Shown here in pieces: positions 39,014 to 48,007 of a stretch of DNA of 52,789 bases (its first letter is position 1; each line of letters starts with the position of its first letter). The DNA is from an uncultured Flavobacterium sp. Its GTDB lineage: Bacteria > Bacteroidota > Bacteroidia > Flavobacteriales > Flavobacteriaceae. Location: the NCBI GenBank assembly GCA_964537345.1, contig CAZIBV010000007.1:1-52789 (forward strand), read 5' to 3'. A program made the translations under genes and the position numbers. Under the pieces are notes generated by a model, which was given only the letters and a program-made list of their open reading frames with translations, was not told the DNA's origin and ran no database searches.

Positions 39014-39920
39014 ATGGATAGATGACCAAAAGGGCGTCGATGAGATGCGGATAGCGGAACCTGTATCCGGCGGCCATAATCTTGTCGGCCGATACATACT
39101 GACTTTCAACTAACAACTTGTACCGCTCTCCAAGAATAAGACGCAACATAAAAGCAGGAACAGCCGGAAGCAAAACAGGCCGGTTGAGTCGCTTGGCCAC
39201 CGCCTTGGTCATGGCGCGGTTGGTAGTTGGATTGGGAGCGACGGCATTGTAAACGCCCGCCAACTGCTGCTCGGCAATAAAAGCGTAAATCCCAGCAAGG
39301 TCATCAATGTGAATCCACGATTGCATTTGGTTGCCTGAACCAAGCGGAGCTCCCGCGCCCCAGCGAATGGGCCTGGCCAGTTCCGGGAGTGCGCCACCAT
39401 CGGCGGAAAGGACAAGACCGGTGCGAACCTTGGTTACGGTGATGCCCAGTGCGGAAAACTCATCGGCCGCTGCCTCCCATTCTTTAACCACATCGCCCAG
39501 AAAACCCGGTTGGAATGAAGTAGACTCCTCGTCGTGGCGAATGCTGAGGCTGTCTTTATAAATACCGATTCCCGACGCGCTGATAAAGTGTCGTACTTTT
39601 GGACCGTGCTTTTTGACGGCCTCGAGCAACAACTGCGCTGATGCCACACGACTTTCAACAATCGTTTGTTTGTATTGCGGAGTCCAAGGCTCGGAAATGG
39701 AAGCGCCGGCCAGGTGGATGACCACCTCGACATCTTCGAGCGAGGCCACATCGAAAGCCTTTACCCGTGGATTCCACATAAATCCGGGAGCTCCGTCGCC
39801 AAATGCATTGATTTCTTCCTGTCGGGTTGTAAGAAAATTAACTGCGTGTCCGCGCGATTTTAAATGCCTGACAAGTTGCTTTCCAACCAGTCCCGTGGCA
39901 CCTGAAATCAGGATTTTCAT
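39012..39920 (-). CDS. TIGR01777 family NAD-dependent epimerase-like oxidoreductase
   Basis: ISGATGLVG, HLAGA, RTGLVL and WIHIDDL motifs. Confidence 0.92.
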   Translation of the reverse strand: MKILISGATGLVGKQLVRHLKSRGHAVNFLTTRQEEINAFGDGAPGFMWNPRVKAFDVASLEDVEVVIHLAGASISEPWTPQYKQTIVESRVASAQLLLEAVKKHGPKVRHFISASGIGIYKDSLSIRHDEESTSFQPGFLGDVVKEWEAAADEFSALGITVTKVRTGLVLSADGGALPELARPIRWGAGAPLGSGNQMQSWIHIDDLAGIYAFIAEQQLAGVYNAVAPNPTTNRAMTKAVAKRLNRPVLLPAVPAFMLRLILGERYKLLVESQYVSADKIMAAGYRFRYPHLIDALLVIYP

Positions 39921-39982
39921 AGGATTTTTTAAGAATAAAGATACTACTGGCTCTTGCCTCCTCGCCAAACTTTAATGGATGT

Positions 39983-40447
39983 TTAACGGTTGTTGAGCCT
40001 TTGTTTCAGCGTCCACTCAAACTTCATCTCCGCAACCTGTTCGCCTGCCTCGTTGCATCCGCGGCTAACCAGCGAAAGGATGACAGGACTATCGGTTTTT
40101 GCTGCCTCGGCCACCGCTTGCCGCACCAGTTCACCCTGATCACAACTAAAGGTAATATTACCCGTAGCCTTTTTTTGGTACGATGCCGCGCAGGAAGCAA
40201 CCAGCATCGAAACCGGAACGCCAGCCTCGCGGATTGCGCGCATGACCAGAACTCCGGTTGTGAGTTCGGCGGCCATAAGCTGGACAGCAAAGTACATCGA
40301 ACCAAATGGATTCTGGTTGATCCACCGGTGACGCACGCGCGCCTCGGCGTTATTGGCCGATAGTTGCGACAGCCGCACGCCGCAAATCCAGGCCGCCGGC
40401 AGCTTGGCCAAAAGAAAGGTATTGATTTTAGGGACAGTAAACTTCAT
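39983..40447 (-). CDS. DUF4442 hot-dog fold thioesterase-like protein
   Basis: KLPAAWICGVR and NQNPFGSMYFA motifs. Confidence 0.85.
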   Translation of the reverse strand: MKFTVPKINTFLLAKLPAAWICGVRLSQLSANNAEARVRHRWINQNPFGSMYFAVQLMAAELTTGVLVMRAIREAGVPVSMLVASCAASYQKKATGNITFSCDQGELVRQAVAEAAKTDSPVILSLVSRGCNEAGEQVAEMKFEWTLKQRLNNR

Positions 40448-40505
40448 GCTCCAAATTACAAAAGTTTCTGTAATCCCAATTTGTTAAATTATTCTTAAAT
40501 ATTAG

Positions 40506-40546
40506 TACTATGCGAAACAAGGTAGCTTCTTTAAGATATATATTTG
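40506..40546 (+). promoter_or_regulatory. Putative PadR operator and -7 promoter of the DUF4870-padR-pspC operon
   Basis: Imperfect inverted repeat TACTATG-N5-CAAGGTA (40506-40524); TATATTTG at 40539-40546. Confidence 0.55.
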
Positions 40547-40567
40547 CATAAGATATTATTAGGCATT

Positions 40568-41038
40568 ATGGAAACTTCAACAAGTGTAAACCTTTCATCA
40601 ACCCAGAAAAGCTTGGGTGCCGCTGCTCATCTTAGCGTATTGACCCAATATTTCATTCCTTTTGGAAACTTCGTGCTTCCGGTGATTATCTGGTCGGCGG
40701 CACGTGAAAGTGAATTCATCGAACGTCAGGGAAAAAGCGTCATCAACTTTCAACTGAGTGTTTTGCTGTATACCATTGTCATGGGACTGATAGCCGTACC
40801 GGTAGCGCTTTCAACCCTGTTCAGCCACGTACCGCTGGGCGACTTTCACTTTGATCACGTGAATGTCTCGACACTGATTAACCATGAATCGATGGCGGCG
40901 GTATCAACCCTGCTGGTCCTGGCCTTTTTGTTCTGTTTGCTGAAAGTTGCCGAATTCTTTTTGGCCATCCTTGGAGCGTCGCGCGCTGCCCGGGGTGAAT
41001 CATTCCGCTATCCGTTGAGTATCCGCTTTATCAGGTAG
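40568..41038 (+). CDS. DUF4870 membrane protein
   Basis: HLS...IPFGN..P.IIW, INFQLS and FRYPLSIRF motifs. Confidence 0.88.
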   Translation: METSTSVNLSSTQKSLGAAAHLSVLTQYFIPFGNFVLPVIIWSAARESEFIERQGKSVINFQLSVLLYTIVMGLIAVPVALSTLFSHVPLGDFHFDHVNVSTLINHESMAAVSTLLVLAFLFCLLKVAEFFLAILGASRAARGESFRYPLSIRFIR

Positions 41039-41042
41039 AGTT

Positions 41043-41090
41043 TCAATCATCAATCAATCAATCATCATCAATCAACAATCATTAATCAAA
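41043..41090. repeat. (CAAT/CAT)n low-complexity tract
   Basis: tcaatcatcaatcaatcaatcatcatcaatcaacaatcattaatca. Confidence 0.8.
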
Positions 41091-41101
41091 AAACGAACGC
41101 T

Positions 41102-41236
41102 ATGCTAAAACTCGTCGCAGCGCTGGGCATTTTCCTCACGGGACTGCTGGCGCCACAAACACAGGCCGCGGACTCATCAACCGCTAACAATGTTAAACCA
41201 ATGGCACTTTTTAAAATGACCGACTATGAATATTGA
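41102..41236 (+). CDS. Candidate 44-aa signal-peptide-bearing small protein overlapping the padR start
   Basis: MLKLVAALGIFLTGLLAPQTQAADSSTANNVKPMALFKMTDYEY; A-rich upstream context. Confidence 0.45.
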   Translation: MLKLVAALGIFLTGLLAPQTQAADSSTANNVKPMALFKMTDYEY

Positions 41237-41558
41237 AAACACCAAAGCCCAGATGCGTAAAGGTGTGCTGGAATTCTGCATATTGTCAGTGTTGCGCGAA
41301 CGCGAAGCCTACACGTCAGAAATTCTGGACACGTTAAAAAACGCCCGACTGCTCGTGGTTGAAGGCACGGTGTATCCGCTGCTCACACGACTCAAGAACG
41401 ACGGACTGCTCACCTACCGATGGGAGGAATCCACATCGGGTCCGCCCCGAAAGTACTACGGTTTGACCGAAATTGGCAAAACCTTTCTCAACGAACTCAA
41501 CGGAACCTGGACTGAACTCTCGGACGCCGTAAACATCATCACTCAAAACCAAAAATAA
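41226..41558 (+). CDS. PadR family transcriptional regulator
   Basis: QMRKGVLE, EGTVYPLLTRL and GPPRKYY motifs. Confidence 0.95.
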   Translation: MNIENTKAQMRKGVLEFCILSVLREREAYTSEILDTLKNARLLVVEGTVYPLLTRLKNDGLLTYRWEESTSGPPRKYYGLTEIGKTFLNELNGTWTELSDAVNIITQNQK

Positions 41559-41563
41559 CAGCC

Positions 41564-43291
41564 ATGAATAAGACAGTAAATATTAACCTGGGCGGTTTGT
41601 TCTTTCACATTGACGAAGATGCCTACCAGAAACTTTCCCGATACTTTGAGGCCATCAGACGATCGCTCTCAAACTCAGCCGGACAGGACGAAATCATCAA
41701 GGATATCGAGATGCGCATTGCCGAGCTGATCACTGAAAAACACTCGCACGACAAACAGGTCATCAGCCTTAAGGAACTTGACGAAATCATCGCCGTCATG
41801 GGCCAGCCGGAAGATTACAGGATTGAATCGGACGATGAAACGCCACCGGTTTACGACTATCCGCAAACAGCGCGCGCCACCAAAAAACTTTACCGCGATA
41901 CGGAAAAGGGCATGTTGGGCGGCGTAAGTGCCGGACTTGGACATTACTTTGGGATTGACCCCGTTTGGATCCGCATTTTGTTTGTCATCCTGGTGTTTGG
42001 CTTTGGAATCGGCCTTATTCCTTACATAGTGCTTTGGATTGTGATGCCGGCTGCCGTCACCACGGCTGAAAAGCTGGAAATGATGGGCGAACCGGTCACC
42101 ATTTCGAACATCGAAAAGAAAGTGCGTGAAGAAGCGCAAAACCTTGCCGAACGCTACGGAAAGCCAAACATGGATAAGGCGGGAAAGCAGGTAAGAACCG
42201 GTTTTGAGCGCGCGGCCGGGGGTATTGGCGAAGTGATAAGCTCGATCTTTAGAGTTTTTGCCAAGATATTGGGCGCGCTGATCGTGGTCTTTTCGGCCAT
42301 GATGCTGGTAGGATTGCTGATTGGGATCTTTGCTTTGGGTTCGACATCACTGGTGGACGTCCCGTGGCAACCGTACATTGACGCAGTGAATTACACCAGT
42401 ATGCCGCTGTGGCTGATTGGACTGATGGTCTTTTTTGCCATCGGGATCCCGTTCTTCTTCCTGTTCATTTTGGGACTCAAGTTGCTGTCAAACAACCTGA
42501 AATCCATCGGGAACGTGGCCAAATACACACTGATTGCACTCTGGGCATTGTCGGTTGCGGGGCTGATCGTTTACGGTGTAAAACAAGCTACCGAGGTTGC
42601 GTATGAAAACAAGGAAGTTGTCAAGGAATCTCTGGTGTTGAATCCGGGTGATACGCTTCAGATCAAATTCAGGTACAATGACTTTTACGCCAAGGATGTA
42701 CATCCGCGACACGATTATCTGTTTACGGTTGACGAGCAGGACAAAGAAGTCATCTACTCGAACAACATCGACCTTCATATCCAATACACCGACGAACCCA
42801 CCGGCTATGTCCAGATCGAGAAAAAAGCCCACGGGAAGAGCAACAACGAGGCCCGTGACCGTGCGCGCGACATCCGTTACAGTTTTTCCGTAAATGGAAA
42901 CCAACTGGTCCTCGACAACTATTTGGTTATGGACAAGGCCAGCAAATTCAGGGAGCAAGAGGTTGAAATATTTGTATATTTGCCTAAGGGCACACTGTTT
43001 AAGCCTGATTTGAGCATCGAGAATTACGACAATTCTGACAACTGGTTTTTTAACCTGCACGAATCAGGAACGTATACTTACAAGGTGGATACCGGCAAAG
43101 TGTACTGCCTGGACTGCCCGCGCGAAGAGGACGATTATGAAGATATTTTGCCGGCGGTTGAATGGTCATCGGTACAAAACGATACCATTACAACGACTGA
43201 TGCCACCGGACGCACCACCAGTGAAACCGTTACGCGAAAAAGCACAACGCGGATTGAACTTGGCCCCGACGGAACTTTGATAAAACAATAA
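41564..43291 (+). CDS. PspC domain-containing membrane protein
   Basis: MNKTVNINLGG, LYRD...LGGVSAGLGHYFGID and YIVLWIVMP motifs. Confidence 0.92.
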   Translation: MNKTVNINLGGLFFHIDEDAYQKLSRYFEAIRRSLSNSAGQDEIIKDIEMRIAELITEKHSHDKQVISLKELDEIIAVMGQPEDYRIESDDETPPVYDYPQTARATKKLYRDTEKGMLGGVSAGLGHYFGIDPVWIRILFVILVFGFGIGLIPYIVLWIVMPAAVTTAEKLEMMGEPVTISNIEKKVREEAQNLAERYGKPNMDKAGKQVRTGFERAAGGIGEVISSIFRVFAKILGALIVVFSAMMLVGLLIGIFALGSTSLVDVPWQPYIDAVNYTSMPLWLIGLMVFFAIGIPFFFLFILGLKLLSNNLKSIGNVAKYTLIALWALSVAGLIVYGVKQATEVAYENKEVVKESLVLNPGDTLQIKFRYNDFYAKDVHPRHDYLFTVDEQDKEVIYSNNIDLHIQYTDEPTGYVQIEKKAHGKSNNEARDRARDIRYSFSVNGNQLVLDNYLVMDKASKFREQEVEIFVYLPKGTLFKPDLSIENYDNSDNWFFNLHESGTYTYKVDTGKVYCLDCPREEDDYEDILPAVEWSSVQNDTITTTDATGRTTSETVTRKSTTRIELGPDGTLIKQ

Positions 43292-43292
43292 T

Positions 43293-44003
43293 ATGAAGAA
43301 AACTGCCTTGATTGCCCTGCTTTTTGCAGGAATGCTCACCGGATGTGTCAACGGACTCAAATCGATCACCGGAAGCGGAAACGTCGTAACCCAAAACCGC
43401 AATGTCGGGACGTTTACAAAAATTGAAGCCGGCAATGGCGTCAACCTGATCGTCGAGCAGTCAAACACCACCGAGGTGGCCGTCGAAGCCGATGACAACA
43501 TCCAGGAACACATCAAAACCACCTTGAGCGGAAGCACGCTGGTCATTGAATCAGACTACAACAGTTTTGAGAACGCCACGATGAACGTCAAAGTCAAAAT
43601 GCCGACGCTTGAAGCGCTTAAAACTTCAGGCGGTGTGAGCGCAAAGGGTACCGGAATTATCAATGGCAAAAAAATCAAACTGGAGTCTTCAAGCGGAAGT
43701 TCAATCGACCTGCAGGTTGAAGCCGAGGAAATCCGGGGTGAATCATCCAGCGGCAGTACATTGGTTTTAACCGGAAAGGTGCTCGAAGCTGATCTTTCAG
43801 CCTCCAGCGGAAGCTCGATTGAGGCCGACAAAATGCTGGCCAACAAAGTCAAGGCCGATGCCTCCAGCGGAAGTTCGATTTTGGTGCAACCGCTTATCCT
43901 AATCGATGGACAAGCTTCCAGCGGCGGGTCAATCAGATACGTTGGATCGCCCAAAGAAGTTAAACGCGATGAAAGCTCCGGCGGAAGCGTTTCAGGAAAT
44001 TAA
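43293..44003 (+). CDS. DUF2807 head GIN domain lipoprotein
   Basis: Lipobox LTG-C, GSGNV, EADDN, repeated ASSGSSI. Confidence 0.9.
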   Translation: MKKTALIALLFAGMLTGCVNGLKSITGSGNVVTQNRNVGTFTKIEAGNGVNLIVEQSNTTEVAVEADDNIQEHIKTTLSGSTLVIESDYNSFENATMNVKVKMPTLEALKTSGGVSAKGTGIINGKKIKLESSSGSSIDLQVEAEEIRGESSSGSTLVLTGKVLEADLSASSGSSIEADKMLANKVKADASSGSSILVQPLILIDGQASSGGSIRYVGSPKEVKRDESSGGSVSGN

Positions 44004-44004
44004 C

Positions 44005-44029
44005 AAGCCCGGCTCCGGCCGGGTTTTTT
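44005..44029 (+). terminator. Intrinsic terminator
   Basis: GCCCGGC/GCCGGGT stem plus T run. Confidence 0.85.
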
Positions 44030-44065
44030 GTTTCAAATAATTACCTTAGCGGCAAATCTGTTGGT

Positions 44066-44848
44066 TTGAAGCGTCACATTGTATTTTACTACCTCCGTTT
44101 TTGGCTGCAATCGCGCAACCAACCCGACGTGACGCGGCTGTCGTGTTTTAACGATTATAACCGCAAAGAAGACGTTCCTCCCCTATTTCGGGAAGTATTC
44201 GCCAAAATGGACCTTCCGGCCTCGGGCGATTTTGAACGCGCGCTGGCCATTGCCGTCGCCCAGCGCATGATGATCAAGGGTGGCCGGGCACTGGGTTTTG
44301 ATTCGGAAAAGACCTTGCAGCTGATGCTCGACGGAAAAGGCGGCGTGTGCAGCGACCAGGCTCAGGCGTTCAACATCTTTTGCCTTTTGGCCGATATCCG
44401 GGTTCGCGAATGGGGTACTATCGAGAGCGCATCAACGCCCGATGTGGGCCATGTCATCAACGAAATTTATTCAAAGGAGCTGGGCCGATGGATAGCGATT
44501 GACGTGATGAAGAATCTTTGGTTCCAGTCTGAAGACGGGCATCCGTTGTCGGTAACCGGACTTTTTGCCAGCCTCAGAAAGGGCGAACCCTTGCGCTATG
44601 TTCACTTTTCCAACCACCGATGCATCGATATGTACAAAATCAACCGGACGTATTCCGGGTCGTGCATCACGTTTTACATCGACCGCTATTCCAACAAAAC
44701 CTATGACCGTTACCTGAAACGCTTTTCCGGCTGGCACAACGCCTTTATTCACGGACTGATGATACTCACGCGTCAAAATTACCGCTACGTTTTTGTACTT
44801 GACAACTACCGCTCGCTGTTCTTTGGCCTGGGCAAATCAAAGCAATAG
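44066..44848 (+). CDS. Transglutaminase-like fold hypothetical protein
   Basis: GGVCSD, GHVINE and WIAID suggest a Cys-His-Asp triad; TTG start. Confidence 0.65.
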   Translation: MKRHIVFYYLRFWLQSRNQPDVTRLSCFNDYNRKEDVPPLFREVFAKMDLPASGDFERALAIAVAQRMMIKGGRALGFDSEKTLQLMLDGKGGVCSDQAQAFNIFCLLADIRVREWGTIESASTPDVGHVINEIYSKELGRWIAIDVMKNLWFQSEDGHPLSVTGLFASLRKGEPLRYVHFSNHRCIDMYKINRTYSGSCITFYIDRYSNKTYDRYLKRFSGWHNAFIHGLMILTRQNYRYVFVLDNYRSLFFGLGKSKQ

Positions 44849-44884
44849 GAATCAAAATTGTTATCTTTGCCCAAACCCGTCCCT

Positions 44885-45718
44885 ATGAAAAAACTCTCCC
44901 TACTGTTGGTTTTGCTGGCGTCTACGCTGGTTTTTGCGCAAAAAGAAAAGCTTAAAGGTTCGCGAAATGTGACACTGGTACCGGTTGAAACCGCAAGTTT
45001 CACATCGATTGAAATTGATGACAACCTGGAGGTTTTTTTAACGCAGGGCGACCGGACCGAGGTTTCGACCGAAGCCGACGACAACCTTCACGAAGCGATT
45101 TCAGTTTCAGTAAGTGGTGGAGCGCTGCGGCTGTCGGTTGTAAAAGACGTGGCGTCGTACAAAAAGCTGGCGGTACAAGTAACCTTTAATACGGCGCTCA
45201 CCATGATTACCATTAAAGACGATGCGCGCCTAACGGGACTGACTGATTTGCGACTGGAAAATTTTACCGTCAAAACCCTGGGAAGCGCCAAGGCCTACGC
45301 CACCGTCCGATCGACCACCTTTACATTGATGGCAAACGATAAATCAAAGGCTGAGCTCAACGTCACGGCCGACAATCTCATGGTCGAAATGAGCAAGAAT
45401 GCCACGGTCAAGGCTCTGTTCTCGGCCAAAAAAATGATTGCAGATTTGTATCAGAAAGCCTCGGCCAACATTGAAGGTGACGTTGCCGATTTTAAATTGC
45501 GCATGGACGGCGGAACGGATTTTACCGGCAAAAACCTGAGCGTGGTCAATACTGAAATGATTTGCGAAGGATCGGCCAATGTTGGGCTGGCAGTAAGCGG
45601 AACGGCGGTGATTGAAGCTCAGGGAAAATCAGAGATTACACTTTACGGCGACCAGGCCAAGATCGAAATCCGCAAGTTTACCGACAACGCCGCGATACGA
45701 AAGAAACCCTTGAAATAA
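44885..45718 (+). CDS. DUF2807/GIN domain secreted protein
   Basis: Signal peptide, KLKGSRNV, EADDNLHE, beta-helix repeats. Confidence 0.85.
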   Translation: MKKLSLLLVLLASTLVFAQKEKLKGSRNVTLVPVETASFTSIEIDDNLEVFLTQGDRTEVSTEADDNLHEAISVSVSGGALRLSVVKDVASYKKLAVQVTFNTALTMITIKDDARLTGLTDLRLENFTVKTLGSAKAYATVRSTTFTLMANDKSKAELNVTADNLMVEMSKNATVKALFSAKKMIADLYQKASANIEGDVADFKLRMDGGTDFTGKNLSVVNTEMICEGSANVGLAVSGTAVIEAQGKSEITLYGDQAKIEIRKFTDNAAIRKKPLK

Positions 45719-45723
45719 GACAT

Positions 45724-45763
45724 AAAAAAAAAGCCCCCCGTTATTGGAGGGCTTCTTTGTTTT
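45724..45763. terminator. Bidirectional terminator
   Basis: AAGCCC/GGGCTT stem with A and T tracts between convergent genes. Confidence 0.75.
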
Positions 45764-45771
45764 TATGCTGA

Positions 45772-46719
45772 TTATTCCAGCGTGGCCAGATAGCGTTCGG
45801 CATCGAGGGCGGCCATACAACCGGTTCCCGCTGCGGTAATCGCCTGACGGTATTCCTTGTCCTGAACGTCGCCACAGGCAAAAACGCCCGGAAGTTTGGT
45901 CTTGGTTGTTTTTCCGTGGGTGATCAGATAGCCGGTCTCGTCCATGTCAAGCTGTCCTTTAAAGATGTCGGTGTTGGGTTTGTGGCCGATGGCGATAAAT
46001 AGTCCGGTGATGTTAATCTCCGTTTTCTCACCGGTCACATTGTTGACCATTCTGAGTCCTTCGACTACGTTCTCGCCCAAAACCTCATCAACCTCGGTAT
46101 TGTAATGCACTTTGATGTTTGGCGTATTGTTGACGCGATGTTGCATGGCTTTTGACGCCCGCATCTGGTCTTTGCGTACCAACATGGTGACGCTGTTGCA
46201 GATGTTGGCCAAGTAGGTTGCTTCCTCGGCAGCGGTATCTCCGGCACCCACAATGGCCACGTCCTGTCCTTTGTAAAAGAACCCATCGCAAACCGCACAG
46301 GCTGAAACGCCGCCTCCTCGAAGGCGCTGCTCACTTGGCAAGCCCAGGTATTTGGCCGTAGCTCCGGTTGAAATAATCACCGTACGGGCCAGGATTTCCT
46401 TGTTGTTGTCAACCGTGACCTTGTGCCAGCCCCCTACTTCCTGCGACAGTTCGACGGCTGTTACCATCCCAATGCGGACCTGCGTACCAAAACGCTCGGC
46501 CTGTTGTTGCAACTGGACCATCATGGTTGGCCCGTCAATCCCTTCCGGATATCCGGGAAAGTTGTCAACCTCGGTAGTGGTGGTAAGTTGTCCGCCCGGT
46601 TCCATACCGGTGTAAAGAACAGGATTCATATCGGCGCGTGCAGCGTAAATAGCGGCAGTGTAGCCGGCAGGTCCCGATCCGATGATCAGGCATTTTATTT
46701 GTTCAGGAGTTGTAGACAT
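45772..46719 (-). CDS. trxB: Thioredoxin-disulfide reductase
   Basis: IIGSGPAG, GGQL, CAVCDG, GAGDTA and ACGDV motifs; start MSTTPE. Confidence 0.97.
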   Translation of the reverse strand: MSTTPEQIKCLIIGSGPAGYTAAIYAARADMNPVLYTGMEPGGQLTTTTEVDNFPGYPEGIDGPTMMVQLQQQAERFGTQVRIGMVTAVELSQEVGGWHKVTVDNNKEILARTVIISTGATAKYLGLPSEQRLRGGGVSACAVCDGFFYKGQDVAIVGAGDTAAEEATYLANICNSVTMLVRKDQMRASKAMQHRVNNTPNIKVHYNTEVDEVLGENVVEGLRMVNNVTGEKTEINITGLFIAIGHKPNTDIFKGQLDMDETGYLITHGKTTKTKLPGVFACGDVQDKEYRQAITAAGTGCMAALDAERYLATLE

Positions 46720-46806
46720 AATTCTTTGTTTTGCCCCGCAAATGTAAGCGATTTGGCCAGGATTTCCAGTAGCGCCTTTATAGGTTTTCATTATTTGTGA
46801 ATAACT

Positions 46807-46837
46807 TTTGGACACGTCGGATTTTGTTATATATTTG
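46807..46837 (+). promoter_or_regulatory. Bacteroidota housekeeping promoter of tRNA-Pro(TGG)
   Basis: TTTG-N19-TATATTTG. Confidence 0.8.
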
Positions 46838-46847
46838 CATCCGTTTT

Positions 46848-46922
46848 CGGGGTGTAGCGTAGCCCGGTCATCGCGCCTGGTTTGGGACCAGGAGGTCGCA
46901 GGTTCGAATCCTGCCACCCCGA
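46848..46922 (+). tRNA. tRNA-Pro(TGG)
   Basis: Acceptor CGGGGTG/CACCCCG, anticodon arm CCTGG-TTTGGGA-CCAGG, GGTTCGAATCC; CCA not encoded. Confidence 0.97.
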
Positions 46923-47132
46923 CAGAAATCCTGACAGCTCTGCTGTCGGGATTTTTTGTTTGCATAAAAGCGCCAAGCTCGCTTGAAGCGCTTTTTGCAA
47001 ACAAAAAATCCGTAGCGACGCATCGCGTCGCTGGATTTCTGTAACGGACCACCCCCCAGGATCACGGGCTCCGCCCGTAATCCTGCCCCACGAGCGGTGC
47101 GAGCGCAGCGAGCACCGCGAGCACCGCGAGCC
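46922..47132. repeat. tRNA-trailing multi-hairpin element, copy A
   Basis: Nested inverted repeats, CAAGC-NN-GCTTG cap, GGATCAC/GTAATCC hairpin, GCGAGC tail; homologous to 52451-52753. Confidence 0.85.
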
Positions 47133-47167
47133 AAACCTAACCCCAACCCCAAATCCATACCGTCCCC

Positions 47168-47337
47168 CGCGTGAGGGATGGAAACGGCATCCTTTTGCGG
47201 TCCCGATAGCTATCGGGACCGCAAAAGATACAGTGGACAGCCCGACGGCGCCGTGAATATTGTGAAAGGCAACTTTATATGAGAATGTCCTTTGAGCCGC
47301 CAAACTACAGTTTAAGGAGCGCCGGCACGCCCAAAAA
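47168..47337. repeat. Structured intergenic repeat, copy 2 (Flavo-1-like), containing a 36-bp perfect palindrome
   Basis: GCGTGAGGGAT...CTTTTGCGGTCCCGATAGCTATCGGGACCGCAAAAG...AGCCCG...GGCACGCCCAAAAA. Confidence 0.7.
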
Positions 47338-47398
47338 GCAAAACCGCTAATCGATACGGCGAGATTTTTTCTATTTTTGCCTCAGAAAACCCATACGT

Positions 47399-48007
47399 AT
47401 GCTCATTATAGGAATTGCCGGCGGAACCGGAAGCGGAAAAACCACGGTTGTACACCAAATCATGAACGAATTGCCGGAGACGGAAGTGGGCATTATCCAT
47501 CAGGATTCGTACTATCGGGACAATTCGAATTTGAGCTATGACGAGCGCGCGCTGATTAACTTTGACCATCCGCGGGCGATTGATTTTGAACTGCTGGTCT
47601 CGCATTTGAAAGCGCTTAAGGCTGGCGAGGCCATTGAGCAGCCAGTGTACTCGTTTGTGACGCACAACCGCACCGACGATACCATCTTGACGCATCCGCG
47701 AAAGGTGATGATCGTTGAGGGCATCCTGATCCTGGCAAGCCCGGAATTGCGCGAGATGTGCGACATGAAGGTTTTTGTGCACGCTGATTCGGACGAGCGG
47801 CTGATACGCCGTTTGCGCCGCGACATTGCCGAACGCGGCCGCGACATGGAAGAGGTTTTGCTGCGTTACCAGACGACGCTCAAGCCGATGCACCAACAAT
47901 TTATTGAACCTACCAAGGCTTTTGCCGACATCATCATCCCGAACGACAAATACAACACGGTGGCCATTGACGTGGTTCGCGCCGTAATCAAGCAACGCAT
48001 TGCGTGA
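47399..48007 (+). CDS. udk: Uridine kinase
   Basis: IGIAGGTGSGKTT, QDSYY, NFDHP and RRLRRDIAERGR motifs. Confidence 0.97.
   Translation: MLIIGIAGGTGSGKTTVVHQIMNELPETEVGIIHQDSYYRDNSNLSYDERALINFDHPRAIDFELLVSHLKALKAGEAIEQPVYSFVTHNRTDDTILTHPRKVMIVEGILILASPELREMCDMKVFVHADSDERLIRRLRRDIAERGRDMEEVLLRYQTTLKPMHQQFIEPTKAFADIIIPNDKYNTVAIDVVRAVIKQRIA

Noticed and set aside
46720-47303. Extended trxB N-terminus and ORFs 46808-47044, 46827-47303 and 46868-47158
   Set aside because: They overlap tRNA-Pro and GC-rich palindromes, so they are shadow frames.
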